Assembly (NCBI GenBank): GCA_943358385.1
Contig: CALRGX010000006.1
Span: 3,559 to 67,558, forward strand
Reading direction: 5' to 3'
DNA length: 64,000 nt
From: Parcubacteria group bacterium
Lineage (GTDB): Bacteria > Patescibacteriota > Minisyncoccia > Phycocordibacterales > UBA2100
The notes beneath the pieces were generated by a model. The model was not told the DNA's origin and ran no database searches. It saw only the letters and a list, made by a program, of their open reading frames with translations. Below, in pieces: positions 48,014 through 58,243 of this stretch (position 1 is the first letter of the stretch; each line of letters opens with the position of its first letter). Both the position numbers and the translations under genes were made by a program.

Positions 48014-48436
48014 ATGTGCAACCGAAAGCACCTATTCGCTACGCTCGGCAGTGCAGTACTTAAGGCACCGAGTTTCCCTGCGCCACTTGCTGCAGTACAT
48101 GCACAATGGGCGCGCACGCCTCGCGTGATCAGCGACCATTTCGACGAGCTCACCGAACGGCTCGGCAGCTCTGAACCGGTCGTCGCCACTTTCAACGTGC
48201 AGACGAGCGACCAATACGAATGGTTTGCGCAACTCACTTTCAAGGGCGAAGGCTACGTCATCGACGTGCTTTTGCCTGGGTGCGAGTCCTACATCAACAA
48301 AGACGGCACCACGACCGATCGCATGTCGGCAGTCTATCTGGAAGGTGATTGCGATGACGCGTCACTCTCGGCGCTGTTGTACAACCTTGCTGCTGCATTC
48401 AGCGAAATAGCAGCTACACGGCGACTGGCCGCCTGA
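48014..48436 (+). CDS. Hypothetical secreted protein.
   Basis: It has a signal peptide (MCNRKHLFATLGSAVLKAPSFPAPLAAVHA) and an aggag RBS. Confidence 0.5.
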   Translation: MCNRKHLFATLGSAVLKAPSFPAPLAAVHAQWARTPRVISDHFDELTERLGSSEPVVATFNVQTSDQYEWFAQLTFKGEGYVIDVLLPGCESYINKDGTTTDRMSAVYLEGDCDDASLSALLYNLAAAFSEIAATRRLAA

Positions 48437-48443
48437 ATGGAAC

Positions 48444-48470
48444 GCACCCCGAGACTTTGTCTCGGGGTGC
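48444..48470. terminator. Bidirectional terminator hairpin (GCACCCCGAGAC ttt GTCTCGGGGTGC).
   Basis: A 12-bp perfect stem sits between convergent genes. Confidence 0.55.
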
Positions 48471-48476
48471 ACTACT

Positions 48477-49043
48477 TTACTTGAAACCGGTAGTAGGCGT
48501 CACGTGGGCGCGTCCCATATACTCATGGTGGCCGACCTGCTCTTCCTGATGTGTGTTCATCACGATTTCCATCCCAGAAAACTGCAGGAATGATGAGTGC
48601 GGTGCAAAGCGGTTACGGTATTCAAAGCCGCCGCTTCCAATACATTGTGGCCCACGGCATCCGCAGAAACCATACTTTGTAGGATCGCGGTACGACTCCG
48701 CAAGGACCGCCTTCACGAACTCCGCAGCGGGCTTCGAATAAGGCCCGCCGTACTGCATGGTCCAGATCGGCTGGTAATCATTCTCGATGCGCTCGGCATC
48801 TTCATACATGCAGTCATAGAGAAGAACCGTATATCCGCCGCTGTACACGCTGCCCGGCGTCTTGGTCCACATATCGATAATTTTGTAGGGCGCTTTTACG
48901 TGCTGCATCTGCTTGTGCCCAGGATATCGACCGATGAGTGCTTTCTCCCCAGAAGCCCACCCTGTAGACATCAGCTCGTAGAAAACCGATTCAGCTTCTG
49001 CCCAGTCAATCTTCGACAGTACTGCCACCCGTTTCTCAAACAT
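48477..49043 (-). CDS. Hypothetical protein (Cys cluster CGCRGPQC).
   Basis: ORF. I recognised no family. Confidence 0.45.
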   Translation of the reverse strand: MFEKRVAVLSKIDWAEAESVFYELMSTGWASGEKALIGRYPGHKQMQHVKAPYKIIDMWTKTPGSVYSGGYTVLLYDCMYEDAERIENDYQPIWTMQYGGPYSKPAAEFVKAVLAESYRDPTKYGFCGCRGPQCIGSGGFEYRNRFAPHSSFLQFSGMEIVMNTHQEEQVGHHEYMGRAHVTPTTGFK

Positions 49044-49129
49044 CGGGCAACTCCTTTCGTTGGTTGTTCAGTGTATTTCCAAAAGAAACGTAACAGAAAG
49101 GCGCGCAGATGCAAGAAAAATGCGCGGTG

Positions 49130-50086
49130 CTAACGCACTAAACTCGTCAGTATTGCTTTCAAAGGTTTCAACGTTTCCTCATCAAGTACAGAAAGCGGCA
49201 ACGTATCGATGCCTTCGTCGGAAAACTGCTTTTGCACTTCGAGCAGTCGTTCTTTTGAGACTTCGTCTGCTTTACTCAAAAAAACGTGCTCATTTTTCTC
49301 TAAAAGTTCAGGATTGTATTGGCGCAATTCACTCAGAATAATGCGGTAGTCCTCGAGCGGATTTTCGCTATCAACAGCGACTAGGTGAAAAAGGGTCTTA
49401 GTACGTTCAATGTGTCGCAAAAATTTACCGCCCAATCCTTTGCCCTCTGATGCACCGGCAATCAATCCTGGAATATCAGCGAGGATAAGGCCGTAATAGG
49501 TCCCGAGATGTGGTTCAAGGGTAGTGAATTGGTAGTTCCCCACTTTACTTTTCGCTGATGTGAGCGCATTCAAAAGCGATGATTTACCCGCGTTCGGAAG
49601 GCCAATCAGGCCCACATCGGCAATCATTTTCAGTTCCAGTCGGATTTTCTTCTCCTCCCCTGGGCGGCCATCGCGCTGCTCATGCGGCGACGTATTCGTG
49701 GACGAGCGCATTTTGTAGTTGCCAATCCCACCACGACCACCACGGGCGAGCTTGATACGTTGACCAATTTCGGTAATTTCTTCTGCAGTGCCGCGTTCTA
49801 AGTCATGAACGACGGTTCCTATCGGGACTTTCACAATGCGGTCTTCCCCGTTGTGTCCATCGTTGAATTGCGCTTTGCCATTTTCCCCGTTTTCGGCAAA
49901 TACATCTTTGGTGTTATGGAACGGGAAAAGCGCACCCAAATCGGACACGCCTTCTACATAGACTGCGCCGCCCAGCCCACCATCACCACCTGCAGGGCCC
50001 AAGTGCATGGGAATTTTATTGAAGGCAACCATACCGTTTCCTCCCTTTCCTCCTTTTACGTGAATGGTGACGTCGTCAACTAACAT
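49130..50086 (-). CDS. obg: GTPase Obg/CgtA.
   Basis: An Obg fold N-domain with Gly-rich repeats (GGKGGNG, GGDGGLGG, GGRGGIGN) is followed by a G-domain (GLPNAGKSSL, DIPGLI, SKAD). Confidence 0.9.
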   Translation of the reverse strand: MLVDDVTIHVKGGKGGNGMVAFNKIPMHLGPAGGDGGLGGAVYVEGVSDLGALFPFHNTKDVFAENGENGKAQFNDGHNGEDRIVKVPIGTVVHDLERGTAEEITEIGQRIKLARGGRGGIGNYKMRSSTNTSPHEQRDGRPGEEKKIRLELKMIADVGLIGLPNAGKSSLLNALTSAKSKVGNYQFTTLEPHLGTYYGLILADIPGLIAGASEGKGLGGKFLRHIERTKTLFHLVAVDSENPLEDYRIILSELRQYNPELLEKNEHVFLSKADEVSKERLLEVQKQFSDEGIDTLPLSVLDEETLKPLKAILTSLVR

Positions 50087-50215
50087 GCGCAGAGACTAGC
50101 ACGTTCTTGCCATAAAACCCAACCCATGGCGGCATACAAAACGGTTGCTTGCGGATACCACATACGCCTGTATACAGTAGATAGGCACTTTGCCCTTTAA
50201 CTGAAAGGAAAGCCC

Positions 50216-52102
50216 ATGTGCGGCATCACGGCAATGATTGGAACTACTGTTGGAACACAGGTTCCTCAGCAATTACTCCTGGCACTGAAGAGGCTTGGCT
50301 ACCGCGGATACGATGGGGCTGGTGTTGCGTATCTGGCAGACGATGCATTGGTGCGCATCCGAAATCCCGACAAAAGCGGAAAAGGGATTGCGATGCTCAC
50401 CAACACGGTCAAAACTATGCAGTGCGCGAGCAGTCGAGGTATCGCTCATACACGCTGGGCAACACACGGTCAGGTTAACGAGACGAATACACACCCGCAC
50501 TTCTCTGCCGACAATTCCATTGCGGTTGTGCACAATGGCACCCTCGAGAACATCTCGGAACTGGAATGTCTCTTGGGTCGTGAAGGAATCTCTCTTGTAT
50601 CCGAGTGTGACACTGAACTCATAGCGCAGCTGATTATGCTTGAGCGACGAACGCGTGGAACCTTGTCAGAGGCAGTACTTGCCGCTCTCGCACATATTCG
50701 CGGGAGCTACGGCATCGCAGTGCTCTCAAACGATCCTCGGGACCCACTGGTCATCGCGCGCCACGGCTCGCCGCTATGCATCGGCTACAAAAAGGGTGCT
50801 TCCCGCACTCTCTACGCGGCATCTGACGAGATTGCCCTGGTGGGGCTCGCCGACGAAGTGCAATACCTCGCTGATGGCGAGTTAGCCACACTCTCTGCGT
50901 GCGGTGACGTCACCATCCACGGCCTTGATGCCGAAGAGGTGCAGAATCGATTTACTCCCGTATCACTGACCGAGGAGGATATTGGCTTTGGTGGCTATCC
51001 GCACCGAATGCTCTTGGAAATACACCAACAGAGCGAGGTGATAACTGATTGTTTACGTGGACGCATACGCGACGATGGTTCCGTGGAGTTGGGTGCGTTT
51101 CGTATCCCCAGAGAGCGTCTTTCGGGTTCAATCGTGGAGGCATTTCAGCGCGCGTCACTCCTCACTATCGCGGCACACGGTACCTCATACTTTGCGGGGT
51201 GCTACGGCGGCCGCTTCATGGAGAATATTGCACGCCTGCCAACGCGCGTTCTCTTGGCCTCGGAGTACCACCATGCTGATCATCTAACAAAGCCTGGCGA
51301 TGTCGTCCTCGGTATTTCCCAGTCCGGTACTACGACCGATACACTCCTTGCGTTGGAGGAAGCGGCACAACGCGGCGCACGCACGTTTGGTATCACGAAC
51401 CGAATTGGCTCTGATATCGCACGCTTCGTGGAAGCCGGTGTATATGTGTACGCAGGCCCAGAAAACGCTGTTGCGTCAACTAAAGCTTTCTCGGCGCAAG
51501 TAGTCGCATTATACCTCGTGGCACTTCGGGTTGCGCAACTTCGCGGAACCTGCGCGCACGAGGACATTGCGAAACGGACAGCCGAACTGGCGACACTCCC
51601 TGCGCTGGTGAAGACCGTCCTTGATGACCAATCCTTGCTCTTGTCGTTTGCGAAGTCCATGTCTTTGCCCAAGAGGTGCTTTATTCTTGGACGTGGCTAC
51701 GCACACCCACTCGCACTTGAAACGGCACTTAAGTTGAAAGAGGTCGCGTACATCGACGCTCACGCAGAGCATCTCACTGAGCTCAAACACGGACCACTCG
51801 CTTTGGTTGAAGAAGGAACGCCTGTCATTGCGTTCTTGCCCGACGATGGACTCGCCAACAAGAGTGCCATTGCGCTCATTGAGGCTGCTACACGTGGCGC
51901 CTCGCTCTTTGTAGTAGGAACAAAACTGCCGACCGCACTCGTAGGAAAGGTGCGCTCTTTCTTTCAAGTACCACATACATCACCCGAGCTTTTTGGCGTC
52001 GTAGCAGCTCCTATTGCACAGTTTCTTGCGTATGAGCTTGGTGTGCGACAAGGAATCGACGTTGACCACCCGCGCAATATCGCGAAGTCGGTGACGGTGT
52101 AA
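50216..52102 (+). CDS. glmS: Glutamine--fructose-6-phosphate aminotransferase (isomerizing).
   Basis: It has an N-terminal MCGI Ntn amidotransferase domain and two SIS domains. Confidence 0.95.
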   Translation: MCGITAMIGTTVGTQVPQQLLLALKRLGYRGYDGAGVAYLADDALVRIRNPDKSGKGIAMLTNTVKTMQCASSRGIAHTRWATHGQVNETNTHPHFSADNSIAVVHNGTLENISELECLLGREGISLVSECDTELIAQLIMLERRTRGTLSEAVLAALAHIRGSYGIAVLSNDPRDPLVIARHGSPLCIGYKKGASRTLYAASDEIALVGLADEVQYLADGELATLSACGDVTIHGLDAEEVQNRFTPVSLTEEDIGFGGYPHRMLLEIHQQSEVITDCLRGRIRDDGSVELGAFRIPRERLSGSIVEAFQRASLLTIAAHGTSYFAGCYGGRFMENIARLPTRVLLASEYHHADHLTKPGDVVLGISQSGTTTDTLLALEEAAQRGARTFGITNRIGSDIARFVEAGVYVYAGPENAVASTKAFSAQVVALYLVALRVAQLRGTCAHEDIAKRTAELATLPALVKTVLDDQSLLLSFAKSMSLPKRCFILGRGYAHPLALETALKLKEVAYIDAHAEHLTELKHGPLALVEEGTPVIAFLPDDGLANKSAIALIEAATRGASLFVVGTKLPTALVGKVRSFFQVPHTSPELFGVVAAPIAQFLAYELGVRQGIDVDHPRNIAKSVTV

Positions 52103-52112
52103 GAATCTTTAC

Positions 52113-52139
52113 AGAACGGCCGTTCGTTACGGCCGTTCT
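52113..52139 (+). terminator. Rho-independent terminator (AGAACGGCCG ttcgtta CGGCCGTTCT followed by TCTGTTATCTC).
   Basis: A 10-bp stem with a U-rich tail lies 11 nt after the glmS stop. Confidence 0.65.
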
Positions 52140-52211
52140 TCTGTTATCTCCCTATTGCTACAATTTCCATACTCGATATAGTGCGGGCAGTTGAAATCAG
52201 GAGGACCGGTA

Positions 52212-53180
52212 ATGATTATCACGAAGAGAAGCCGCTACCGCGGCGCGTTGGTTGGTCTACTTGCTGGCGATGCACTTGGTGCCCCATACGAAACGTGGGC
52301 AACCGATGCAATCGCACATGACCTTGCGGTTCGTAAAGGATTGGTTCCTTTTGACTATCTGGAACCATGGCGTGGCAAGTTGGCATTTCCTGCTGGCCGA
52401 CCAACTGATGATTCGGAACAAGCAGCGGCCCTGGCAACCACTTTGGTTGTTTGCCATGCGCTCGATGAAGAGTACCTGTACCGATTATTGCGAGAGCAGG
52501 TATACGAAGAGCGAAGCCTCTTGTGGAATGGTCGAGCACTCGGCGCGGGCAAAACTACGCGCGCACGTCTCAAGCCAGGATCACTGGAAGAATCGCGCTT
52601 GCTGGTGATTGAAAACGAGTACCCCAGTAACGGTGCCCTGATGCGTAGCGCGCCACTAGCGCTTTTCTTTGGCAATGCATCGCGTGTCAATCGCCACATA
52701 GTGGCCCGCGCATGTAAAGTTACCCATCAGCATCCACTAGCCGAACAAAGCGTCCAGCTGTATGTACACATACTTGCCTGTCTTCTGCAGGGAGCAGGCA
52801 TGCAGACTGCAATTGGCAGTGCGCAGATGCTTGCTGAATCATGGAGCCTTCACGCTGATTGTCGCCTCTTGTTCGATAAGATACTTCCTCAAAACATCGA
52901 GCCAATTGACCCTGGACGATGGCCTGAGCGCGGACATACACTTTTTACGTTGCATGTCGCGTTGTGGACAGCAATGAATGCCCGTGATTTTGCCGACGGC
53001 ATCACACAGGCAATCCGCGTTGGTGGCGACACTGATACGTACGCAGCTGTCGCTGGAGCACTCTTGGGTGCTCGATATGGCGAAGAAGGTATACCCGAAG
53101 AATGGCGGAAGATTCTGAAGGGTGGGGTGCACATGGCACTGCTTGCCGAAGGATTGTATGACCAGAGCCACACCTCTTGA
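52212..53180 (+). CDS. ADP-ribosylglycohydrolase family protein (DraG/ARH-like).
   Basis: It shows GALVGLLAGDALGAPYE ... DDSEQ ... GGDTDTYAAVAGALLGARYG. The start is at MIITKRS. Confidence 0.8.
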   Translation: MIITKRSRYRGALVGLLAGDALGAPYETWATDAIAHDLAVRKGLVPFDYLEPWRGKLAFPAGRPTDDSEQAAALATTLVVCHALDEEYLYRLLREQVYEERSLLWNGRALGAGKTTRARLKPGSLEESRLLVIENEYPSNGALMRSAPLALFFGNASRVNRHIVARACKVTHQHPLAEQSVQLYVHILACLLQGAGMQTAIGSAQMLAESWSLHADCRLLFDKILPQNIEPIDPGRWPERGHTLFTLHVALWTAMNARDFADGITQAIRVGGDTDTYAAVAGALLGARYGEEGIPEEWRKILKGGVHMALLAEGLYDQSHTS

Positions 53181-53204
53181 GCAGACGATATACTCAAGAA
53201 ACGC

Positions 53205-53229
53205 AAAGGCGCCCCAACGGGGCGCCTTT
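53205..53229. terminator. Bidirectional terminator hairpin (AAAGGCGCCCC aac GGGGCGCCTTT).
   Basis: An 11-bp perfect stem with A/T runs on both sides sits between convergent genes. Confidence 0.55.
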
Positions 53230-53246
53230 ACTCTTGCCAGCCAGCA

Positions 53247-53654
53247 CTATTTTGTCGCCTTCTTCACCGCCTTTTTGACTGCGGTCGTAGCCTGCTTCTT
53301 TCCTTTTGCAACGCCTTTTTCAATTTCAGCCTTAAGCTGATCCCAATTCCCCTTCAATTCCTTTGCAGCACTTACCACCTCCGCTGCGTCGATGTTCTTG
53401 GCTTGTTTGTATAGTTTTTCAACCTCAGATACTGCCTTCTTTACGGCAGCAGAATCCACCACGCCACTCTCCTTCACTTTGGCGATCACGTCTTTTTTAA
53501 ATTTACCTGCCCACGCTGCTGCATTCTTGCGATTCTTTGCAGCATCCTTGCTTGCATAAAAGAAAAATCCTGCCGCCGCAGCCGCAGCTGCCGCAACACC
53601 TGCCCCTACTTTAACTGCCGTTCTTGCAACACTGCTTTCTTTCTTAGTAGCCAT
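53247..53654 (-). CDS. Hypothetical Ala/Lys-rich protein (possibly YtxH/DUF948-like).
   Basis: It has an N-terminal hydrophobic Ala-rich segment followed by a Lys-rich coiled region. The family assignment is speculative. Confidence 0.45.
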   Translation of the reverse strand: MATKKESSVARTAVKVGAGVAAAAAAAAGFFFYASKDAAKNRKNAAAWAGKFKKDVIAKVKESGVVDSAAVKKAVSEVEKLYKQAKNIDAAEVVSAAKELKGNWDQLKAEIEKGVAKGKKQATTAVKKAVKKATK

Positions 53655-53656
53655 AA

Positions 53657-53947
53657 TTATTCGTTATCTTGCTTTTTAGTCCTAGTACGCTTACCAGTAT
53701 CACCGAATTTACTCAAAAACGAAAGTGTGGACATAAACTTGCTCTTACCGTCCTTTATGTCGGCACGGAGCTGCGCCATGTCTTCTCGGATGAAAGCACT
53801 CTCCTCAGCTACATGCTTTGATATGTCATCTACATGCGTGAGAATGCGATATATCCGATACAGCACCATCGATACCAAAAGTCCTACTGCAACGACTACG
53901 ACAGTAGAAACCACGAAAAACACGTCCATCTTTAAGAAATCGGTCAT
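53657..53947 (-). CDS. Hypothetical small membrane protein cotranscribed with 53247..53654.
   Basis: It has one TM (VFFVVSTVVVVAVGLLVSMVLY). Its stop lies 2 nt before the next start. Confidence 0.45.
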   Translation of the reverse strand: MTDFLKMDVFFVVSTVVVVAVGLLVSMVLYRIYRILTHVDDISKHVAEESAFIREDMAQLRADIKDGKSKFMSTLSFLSKFGDTGKRTRTKKQDNE

Positions 53948-54056
53948 AGAATAAGTATACCGCATCTGCACGCAGGACCAGCTGCATCGTCACATACTAA
54001 AGCGTTATTTTTTATGAAGAAACCTGGGCGCCCACGTGCGAGTGGGTCACACACGA

Positions 54057-55721
54057 TTAGATGTTTCTTGCAGCGGTCACATCCAAGTGACCTTTGGAGC
54101 TTTCAAATGTGGTTCCCACTTTTTTGCCGGGGTTGAAAATGTTAAGCGGATCATATATACGCTTGGTTTCTTCAAAAAGCCTGTACATGTCAGCGCCAAA
54201 CATATCCTCCACATACGGGGTGCGCACTAAGCCGTCGTTATGCTCACCACTGATCGAGCCGCCATAGGAGAGTACCAGCGCGTACACTTCTTTGCTCAAG
54301 CGTTCTACCAATTCCACCGCATCAGGCCGATTCGGGTCAATAAGCGGAATGATGTGCAAATTGCCGTCCCCGATGTGCCCGGCCACGGTGTAAATCATAT
54401 TATCCACGGTGCCCAGTATTGCATTGAGCTTTGGGAGAAACTCTGGCAAGGATGGTGGTGGCACCACGAAATCGTCAATAAATGGGGCTGTGCGCTTGCC
54501 ACGCACCTTTTTGCGCAGCAGGCTAAAGCTCTCGCGGCGGATGCTCCAGTACTTTTTCATACCAGCATCGTTTTCCGCAACCCGCAGTGAAAGGTTGGGG
54601 TGTTTTTCACGAATATCAGCTGCAACCACTTGTGCCGATGTGAGCGCCTCTTCTTGCGTTTCTGCGCGGAACTCTGCAAGTAGAACCAGTTTGGGCACAC
54701 CACCAGTCAACACCATGAAAAACTCGGGAATGAGTGACAGACCGAGCGCAAAAATGCCTGTTTTCATCTGGAGAGCAAGCTCTGGGAAATAACGAATCGC
54801 GAGAGAAAACGTGTGATCATCGTACGATTCGAAACTATCCGGATCATGCGCAAGTACTGATTGCGTCACGTCGCCCAAATCGTCCAGTGAATCGAGGAAA
54901 ATAATCGTCATGGCACCGTATTTTTTTGGCTTCACGAGTGACAGCCATGCTTTCGTGAAAATACCGAGAGTACCTTGCGCTCCTACAAAAAGACGCGCTA
55001 AGTTCATCCACCCAGCTTGTGGCGAGCCTATGTCCCACAGTGCGTAGCCTGATGAATTTTTTCGTACTTTTGGCTTAGCTTTTTCGATGGTGTCCTGATT
55101 ATTGCGCAAAAGCTCTGCCATACCTCGATATATCTCTCCTTCACGATTCTGTAGCGAAAGCTTCTCTTCAAGTGCAGCTCCGTCCACGCGCGTGAAATGT
55201 GCCAATGAACCATCGTCTAGTACCACGTCAAGCGCTTGTACGTAGCGGTCGGTCTTGCCGTATTTCAAATGCTTCTCCCCGCCCGAGTTATTTGAAACCA
55301 TGCCTCCAATAGCACACAACTCGCGAGAAGCAGTGTAACTGGGAAGCTCGTAGCCAACCTTCTTTGTTTCCTTATCAAAATCGCGAAAGTGTAGGCCCGG
55401 CTCTGCTGCTGCCACAGAGCCATCAATCCCCAGAAAAGCACCCATGTGGCGAGTGACGTCCAGCACAATCGAACTGGAGAGAGGTCCGCCCGACATATCG
55501 GTCCCGGCGGCGCGAGGTGTTATCGAAAGTGTTGGGTCGATTTCCTTTTCACTGCGTACGAGCCTCACCAACTCTTGAATGTCATAGGTATCTTTCGGAA
55601 AGACGACTAGCTGGGGCTTTACAGCAAATAAGCTGGCGTCGCGGCTGTACACTTCACGTACCGCATCAGTCCCATCTACTTCGCCTTTAAATATTTTTGC
55701 TATTTTTTCGTTCAATGACAT
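54057..55721 (-). CDS. FAD-binding oxidoreductase (FAD-linked oxidase, GlcD / D-lactate dehydrogenase-like).
   Basis: It has an N-terminal PCMH-type FAD-binding domain (VVFPKDTYDIQELVRLV ... PRAAGTDMSGGPL) and a C-terminal FAD-oxidase domain. The start is at MSLNEK. Confidence 0.8.
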   Translation of the reverse strand: MSLNEKIAKIFKGEVDGTDAVREVYSRDASLFAVKPQLVVFPKDTYDIQELVRLVRSEKEIDPTLSITPRAAGTDMSGGPLSSSIVLDVTRHMGAFLGIDGSVAAAEPGLHFRDFDKETKKVGYELPSYTASRELCAIGGMVSNNSGGEKHLKYGKTDRYVQALDVVLDDGSLAHFTRVDGAALEEKLSLQNREGEIYRGMAELLRNNQDTIEKAKPKVRKNSSGYALWDIGSPQAGWMNLARLFVGAQGTLGIFTKAWLSLVKPKKYGAMTIIFLDSLDDLGDVTQSVLAHDPDSFESYDDHTFSLAIRYFPELALQMKTGIFALGLSLIPEFFMVLTGGVPKLVLLAEFRAETQEEALTSAQVVAADIREKHPNLSLRVAENDAGMKKYWSIRRESFSLLRKKVRGKRTAPFIDDFVVPPPSLPEFLPKLNAILGTVDNMIYTVAGHIGDGNLHIIPLIDPNRPDAVELVERLSKEVYALVLSYGGSISGEHNDGLVRTPYVEDMFGADMYRLFEETKRIYDPLNIFNPGKKVGTTFESSKGHLDVTAARNI

Positions 55722-55796
55722 AGCAGCAGTATAACGCACAACCATTCCACCCCCTGGGCTGCGAGAGGTGGAATGGTTGGCGATTGGAAACCCTTT

Positions 55797-56561
55797 CTAT
55801 TTACTGCGTGATGTATACGCTGCGTACAGGGCACCTAGAACACCGAGCACCGCAAGTCCAAAGGTAACGTGATCAAGTGGCGTCTTTTCAGTTGCTTGGG
55901 CTACCGCGGCAAGGCTCACGGCCTCTTGAGGGAACCCATAGGCGGCCTTTTCCTTAGCACAACCGAATCCTCCTCGCTCAAACACTGTAGTGCCCATAGA
56001 CTCGTGATGTATCTCACCATCGTCATGGTCGGGAACGACTTGATGTGCTTCCTCCGCGGCCTTTGCCGTATCGTCCACACCTTCAGTGGATGTAGCGGTG
56101 GGATTCATGATGTGTCCCGCAGGGTTACAGGCGAACATTTGGTGGATATCCTTGCCGTCCATTGTTCCTTGTATGTGATAAGTGAATGCGGCCGTGTTTA
56201 CAGGATAAAAGGTTGTTTTATATGAACCTGACTCACCGTATACACCTGCCAGCTCCATTTCCTTAAGTACTTGACCTGCAGAGATCGAAATAGTTAGAGT
56301 TTCATCAAGACCTTCCAATGGCACTGCATTTTTTGGAATATCGCCTTTTGCGACACGGTCCTTGTACCACGACGTAGGGCCAATCTTAGAAACACGCAGA
56401 TCAAGACCAGTTTTATCGTCAACTATGACGGGCTCATTAAGTGACCCGACGGTCAGCTGGTAGAGCGTTCCTTCCAGGTCTATAACGCGTGTTTGATGTG
56501 CCGACGCGGCAACCGGTAATGCACATATGAATAGTAATAGTGCACCTATTGTTTTTTTCAT
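55797..56561 (-). CDS. Hypothetical secreted protein with a C-terminal membrane anchor (possibly YcnI/DUF1775-like copper-binding fold).
   Basis: The signal peptide ends ...AASA followed by His (AHQTRV). A C-terminal TM (VTFGLAVLGVLGALYAAYT) is present. The family is suggested only by the mature N-terminal His and the overall layout. Confidence 0.5.
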   Translation of the reverse strand: MKKTIGALLLFICALPVAASAHQTRVIDLEGTLYQLTVGSLNEPVIVDDKTGLDLRVSKIGPTSWYKDRVAKGDIPKNAVPLEGLDETLTISISAGQVLKEMELAGVYGESGSYKTTFYPVNTAAFTYHIQGTMDGKDIHQMFACNPAGHIMNPTATSTEGVDDTAKAAEEAHQVVPDHDDGEIHHESMGTTVFERGGFGCAKEKAAYGFPQEAVSLAAVAQATEKTPLDHVTFGLAVLGVLGALYAAYTSRSK

Positions 56562-56689
56562 AAACACCATACTCTCAATGAAACATGCCCCGTGCAAGGA
56601 AATGGAAGCAGACTCGAAACTTAATGATATGCACACCTTTCTTTGCATTTAAAGGATTCTGTGTTTCGGCGGAGATATACTAGGCCTAT

Positions 56690-57061
56690 ATGAACGAGGC
56701 ACTCTCGCAACTTTCTCATTATCATCGCGAAGAGAGACCTTGGGGAAGCTTCGAGCAGTTCACCCACAACGAGCAAACGACCGTAAAACGCATCGTGGTT
56801 AAGGCCGGAGAGGCGTTCAGCTTGCAAAAGCACACAAGACGATCAGAGTTTTATTACGTATTTGCAGGAGAAGGATTCATAACGGTGGGTACTGATCGCC
56901 GAGAAGTACGCGCCGGCGATTCGTTCTTCATCCCAGCAGGCGAACTCCATCGTGCCGAAGGCACCGATGATTCTGACCTCACTTTTTTGGAGATTGCCTT
57001 TGGTGATTTTGACGAGAGCGATATTACCCGTTTGGAAGATAAGTACGGCAGAAGTGCCTGA
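56690..57061 (+). CDS. Cupin-domain protein (mannose-6-phosphate isomerase type II C-terminal-like).
   Basis: The two cupin motifs are present (QKHTRRSEFYYV ... GDSFFIPAGELHRAEG). Confidence 0.7.
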   Translation: MNEALSQLSHYHREERPWGSFEQFTHNEQTTVKRIVVKAGEAFSLQKHTRRSEFYYVFAGEGFITVGTDRREVRAGDSFFIPAGELHRAEGTDDSDLTFLEIAFGDFDESDITRLEDKYGRSA

Positions 57062-57066
57062 ATCTC

Positions 57067-58218
57067 ATGACCGAACATCCGTACATACTACTGTGGCTCG
57101 TGGTTTTGACCGCGCTCGTCCTCATACAAATACTAGTACTTCTCTTTTCCGAAAAGGTACGCGAGAAGTACCGTCGTGCGCTCCCTTTTTCCCGCGCACC
57201 CGAGAATCCAATTCTTTCCCCAAACAGGAGCAACTGGTGGGAAGCCGAGGCAGTATTTAATCCCGCAGCGCTGTTGGCAGATGGACGCGTGCACCTTTTT
57301 TATCGTGCCATGGGGCATGATGGCGTCTCGCGCATCGGATACGCATCAAGTTCCGACGGTATCCATTTTGATGAGCGACTCACGTACCCTGTGTACGCTC
57401 CAATTAAGGGGTTTGGTATCCCACATGAACCAACGGGCCCTGGAACTGAAGTGTACGACCCTGCCAACTACCCTTCTGGTGGCGGATGGGCAGGATGTGA
57501 AGACCCGCGCGCGGTACAGATTGACGACAAAATTTACATGACGTTCGTCGCTTTCGACGGCTGGGGCTTTGTACGTATGGCAATGACCTCTTTGCCGGTG
57601 CAACACTTACGCAAGCGCCGCTGGTTCTGGAGCGCACCTGCGTTTCTCTCGAAACCAAACGAGGTACATAAGAACTGGGTATTCTTCCCAGAAAAAATTA
57701 ATGGCCGATACGCAGTGTTGCACACCATCTCTCCAGAAATTCGCATTCACTACGTTGACCGCCTGGAAGATTTTGAAGACGAGGGTACGTTTGTCGAGAG
57801 TTCCTATCAGCGCAGTGGCCGCAAGGACCATTGGGATAGCTGGGTGCGCGGGGCTGGCGCACCACCCCTCAAGACATCCGAAGGATGGCTGCTCTTTTAC
57901 CACGCCATGGATAAAAACGACCCAGACAAATACAAAGTTGGTGCCATGCTTCTTGATGTAAACGACCCAACGAAAATTCTTTATCGCTCTCCGGAGCCAC
58001 TCCTTTCGCCAGACGAATGGTATGAAAACGACTGGAAGCCAGGGGTGGTGTATGTGTGTGGTGCCGCGATCATCGGTGGAGATTTGCTGCTCTACTACGG
58101 AGGTGGCGACAAGTACATTGCAGCGGCAAAAGCACCCCTTGCAGATTTTCTTGCTGCACTTAAGGGTGAACACACCAACCCCATCCATCTGGCACGCATT
58201 GCACTAGAAATTGAGTAA
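57067..58218 (+). CDS. GH130-family glycoside phosphorylase/hydrolase (beta-mannoside-acting, DUF377) with an N-terminal TM anchor.
   Basis: An N-terminal TM (ILLWLVVLTALVLIQILVLLF) is followed by GH130 signatures (NPILSP ... VFNPAA ... HLFYRAMG ... SRIGYASSSDG ... GCEDPR ... LLFYHA ... LLYYGGGD). Confidence 0.8.
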   Translation: MTEHPYILLWLVVLTALVLIQILVLLFSEKVREKYRRALPFSRAPENPILSPNRSNWWEAEAVFNPAALLADGRVHLFYRAMGHDGVSRIGYASSSDGIHFDERLTYPVYAPIKGFGIPHEPTGPGTEVYDPANYPSGGGWAGCEDPRAVQIDDKIYMTFVAFDGWGFVRMAMTSLPVQHLRKRRWFWSAPAFLSKPNEVHKNWVFFPEKINGRYAVLHTISPEIRIHYVDRLEDFEDEGTFVESSYQRSGRKDHWDSWVRGAGAPPLKTSEGWLLFYHAMDKNDPDKYKVGAMLLDVNDPTKILYRSPEPLLSPDEWYENDWKPGVVYVCGAAIIGGDLLLYYGGGDKYIAAAKAPLADFLAALKGEHTNPIHLARIALEIE

Positions 58219-58243
58219 CATTTTATTATTTACGCATCTCACC

